Of a DNA stretch of 64,000 bases, positions 61,501 through 64,000 are shown piece after piece. Position numbers and translations under genes: made by a program. Each line of letters opens with the position of its first letter. Positions within the stretch are counted from its first letter, which is position 1. This DNA comes from Cercozoa sp. M6MM (Eukaryota; Protista; Endomyxa: Ascetosporea): NCBI GenBank assembly GCA_040357565.1, contig JBDODJ010000055.1, one strand, 5' to 3'. The notes under the pieces were generated by a model. The model searched no databases. It saw only the letters and a list, made by a program, of their open reading frames with translations, and had not been told where the DNA came from.

Positions 61501-62410
61501 CTGTGAGTCCCATTGTTAGACATACAAAGACATGAGGTCAAATTAGAGACAGATGTGTATACCACGAGCACTGCGCAATTTGGCAAACACGCCACTACCA
61601 GCAGTGCCACCGTGGTTGGCAACGAAGGAGGTGTCACCTTCCACATGGTGCCTGCTCACAAATAAGCACAAATGCACGGTATAAAGAGATTTCATCAAAA
61701 TGAAAACTACATATGACTACAGTCAGCAAGAAAATCAATCCTCAACTGGATCTGTGCGGTGTCAGAACCACTCTCTTCCAAGGAGAGCCAGCCTACTCAA
61801 ACAGCGCACACAAACATATGCCATCAAGTACATTGGCAAAATGATCCATCATACGAGGCTCCGAGCAGAAACTGTCCTCGTCGGCACACCACTGTTGCAG
61901 TGAAGAACGCACATGTCCGAGTGGGTCATCCCGCGAGAACTTGTCAAAGTCCCGCACCTGCACACGGTGCAACTCAGACAGACAGGGGGACAAACAAGCA
62001 AGCCACGCACCTTGATTTCAATAATTGCGTTCCGTGCAATGTCATCAAAAATCAATGTTTCCGAAAACGAGGGATTCAGTGTTTCCTGTTGGATCCAAGT
62101 CAGTTTCAAATACCTCCGAACGCATGTATCTGTGTACACTCGTGCGTACCATGACAGTAGCAGTGCGTTGTACAACTCGCTTGTTGGAAGCATTGACGAT
62201 GGCTATAATCAGGACACAGGATTAGGATGAGGCATAGGGAGAGCAGGTGAAAGACATGCGCACCGACTTTGACGTACGGATCGCTTTTGCCGTTCGAGTC
62301 TGCAGCACGCAGCTGCACAGACCCACGACGGATATCAATACCTTTTGCAAGGGAAGGGGGTGTACATTGCGAGCTGAGAGCACATGAACGGCGAGCCGTC
62401 CAGTCGCCAT
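58540..62410 (-). CDS. Multi-C2-domain protein, multi-exon
   Basis: MATGRLAVHVLSARN|LRAADSNGKSDPYVK...ETLNPSFSE..VRDFDKFSRDDPLG (Ca-binding C2), and a second C2-like LRLRLLDRDRFIRDDVLGHVDIDL. 3' exons approximate. Confidence 0.7.
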
Positions 62411-62888
62411 CTGCAGCAACACCACATCTTTGTGTATCTTCGCATCACACATTGCACATCCGCCATGCACCGACAGGCACGTGCAGAGAATCAATGCAAT
62501 GACAGAACACTGTACATTCTGATCGACGACAGGAGACAGAAGGATTGGTGCAAAAACGTGTTAGGCACTGTCTACACGCTAAAATAATGCCGTAGTGTTT
62601 AGTCTATCTCTGCTCATGACTCTTTTATATTGTCCGCGCACTCATGATCTGTGATCAAAACGACGGTACAGTACAGTACTGCACACTACAGGTACTGTAC
62701 CTACAGTACAGGACAGTACTGTACCAGTCTCAAAATCTGGCTGTACGGCCATATCATACAGTGAAAGTGTGTGTGCGTCAGTGTTAGACACTTTTAGTCT
62801 CAAAGAAGCGCAAGCAAACGTTGAGTTTGCACTAATTCTTCTTTTGCGATCAGTCCATCTGTGTTTTGGGAGTGGCTTTTGACGTGCC

Positions 62889-64000
62889 ATGGTGGCCTCA
62901 AGCGAGCCGGACATTGTGGTCGAGGTGCTCAGAGTGACGTTAGAAGGTGATTTTGAATCTTCCAAATCAATGATCAAAACTGATGTAGGTCATCTGACAG
63001 AGCAAGTCCGACGGACGCAGGATGGGTCGAATCTGACGTTGCTGACGGAATGTGGCGACGGCATTGGACACGACAACGCGTTGCTCACCGTCGACATGTT
63101 GGACATGGTACAATGTGCCGCCTTGTGGTTATACTGGGGGGAGGGGCACTGTATACTTTTTGGTACAGGTACTACTGGAGGTGTTCAAACTGCAAGGCAG
63201 CAAACTGATCACGTACGTGCGACGTGCTTGGCAACGACTGTCGGCACTGCGTCGATGGTACGTTTGGACTCGCAAGCTCAACATCAATGTGCAGTATGCT
63301 GGATGGATTATCTGACCTATGTAGGCACAAGGAGGAGAAGAAGGATGTGTTTGACTCGGTTGCGTCGCAGCTGTAACTCTACGCTTTACCCCCCTCCCAG
63401 TCACCCTCACATGTGTACCTGTTTACCACTTTGCCCTTTACCTTTGCCTTTTTACCCTCCCCCTCCTTTCAGTGCGTCCTATCTGGCACTGGCACTCGGT
63501 CCCGACGGCGCTGATCTCTTCGAGTCACCGTCAACGGTACTTCACTACACAGACACCGGCATTGCCCACTGATTGATTGCCCACTGATTGATTGCTCTGT
63601 GATCGACGAATCGATCAAACCGTCCTGTCTGTGCGTGTGTAGAAGCAGGAGATCGAAGTGCAGTTCCTCAAGGCACTCGGCGCTGCCGACGTCGAGCAGC
63701 CTCTGCCGGTACGCACACGCGTTCATTTGGACCACGTGTCCATTTGTATCTGGATTCATTGTACTCGGGTCCATTGGTCCCTGCAGGAGGGTCTGCTGAA
63801 GGCGACGCTGTCGGCCATGTCGTCCGAGGAACAGGAGTCGTTGTGGCGCCTACTGGTGCACCCATCGGTACCGCCTGTGTAGCCACCCCACCACATTGTA
63901 GCCACCTATACCAATGCTGTTTGAGGCTACAGATTGGACAGGCACTGCTGGCCAATGCACTCGGCGCTGCGTACTCTTCTCCTTGCCCGTTTTACCCCCC
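62889..64000 (+). CDS. Probable ubiquitin conjugation factor E4 (UFD2/UBE4) N-terminus, 3'-partial
   Basis: EVLRVTL...LLTVDMLDM|VLLEV..LITYVRRAWQRL...|ASYLALALGPDGADLF resembles the UFD2 N-terminal helical region. The U-box is not in the window. Confidence 0.45.

Noticed and set aside
1-64000. Alternative genetic code or stop readthrough explaining fragmented ORFs
   Set aside because: Conserved genes are restored by GT-AG splicing and end in TAA (Hsp70), TGA (RNR) and TAG (RFC3).

Overview
Gene-dense, intron-rich eukaryotic (protist) DNA. It uses the standard genetic code and has many short (~50-120 nt) GT-AG introns, so the ORF track is fragmented; gene models below come from manual splicing. 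Recognisable genes in order: PH+FYVE protein (5'-partial), Rab28-like GTPase, OFCC1-like membrane protein, PCGF/BMI1-like RING-RAWUL protein, lipoate-protein ligase A, PLP-dependent L-serine/threonine dehydratase, LSG1, a ~30-intron adenosylcobalamin-dependent class II ribonucleotide reductase, Sly1/SCFD1, RFC3, cytosolic Hsp70, a chitin synthase, a multi-C2 protein and a probable UFD2/UBE4 (3'-partial), plus several hypothetical genes. Most notable: (1) the class II RNR has a spliced N-terminal extension resembling a mitochondrial presequence; (2) a tRNA-shaped gene has an ~81-nt structured insert that can out-pair its own acceptor stem, followed by tandem copies of its 3' end plus terminator; (3) 5' splice sites are GTAC-biased rather than GTRAG; (4) some introns contain exact copies of neighbouring exon sequence, or strand-polarised (T)TTACCCC/TAACCC tracts; (5) a ~55-nt dispersed element is confined to convergent intergenic regions. 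Exon boundaries of the hypothetical genes are approximate. Several N gaps lie in or next to (CA)n/(GT)n tracts.
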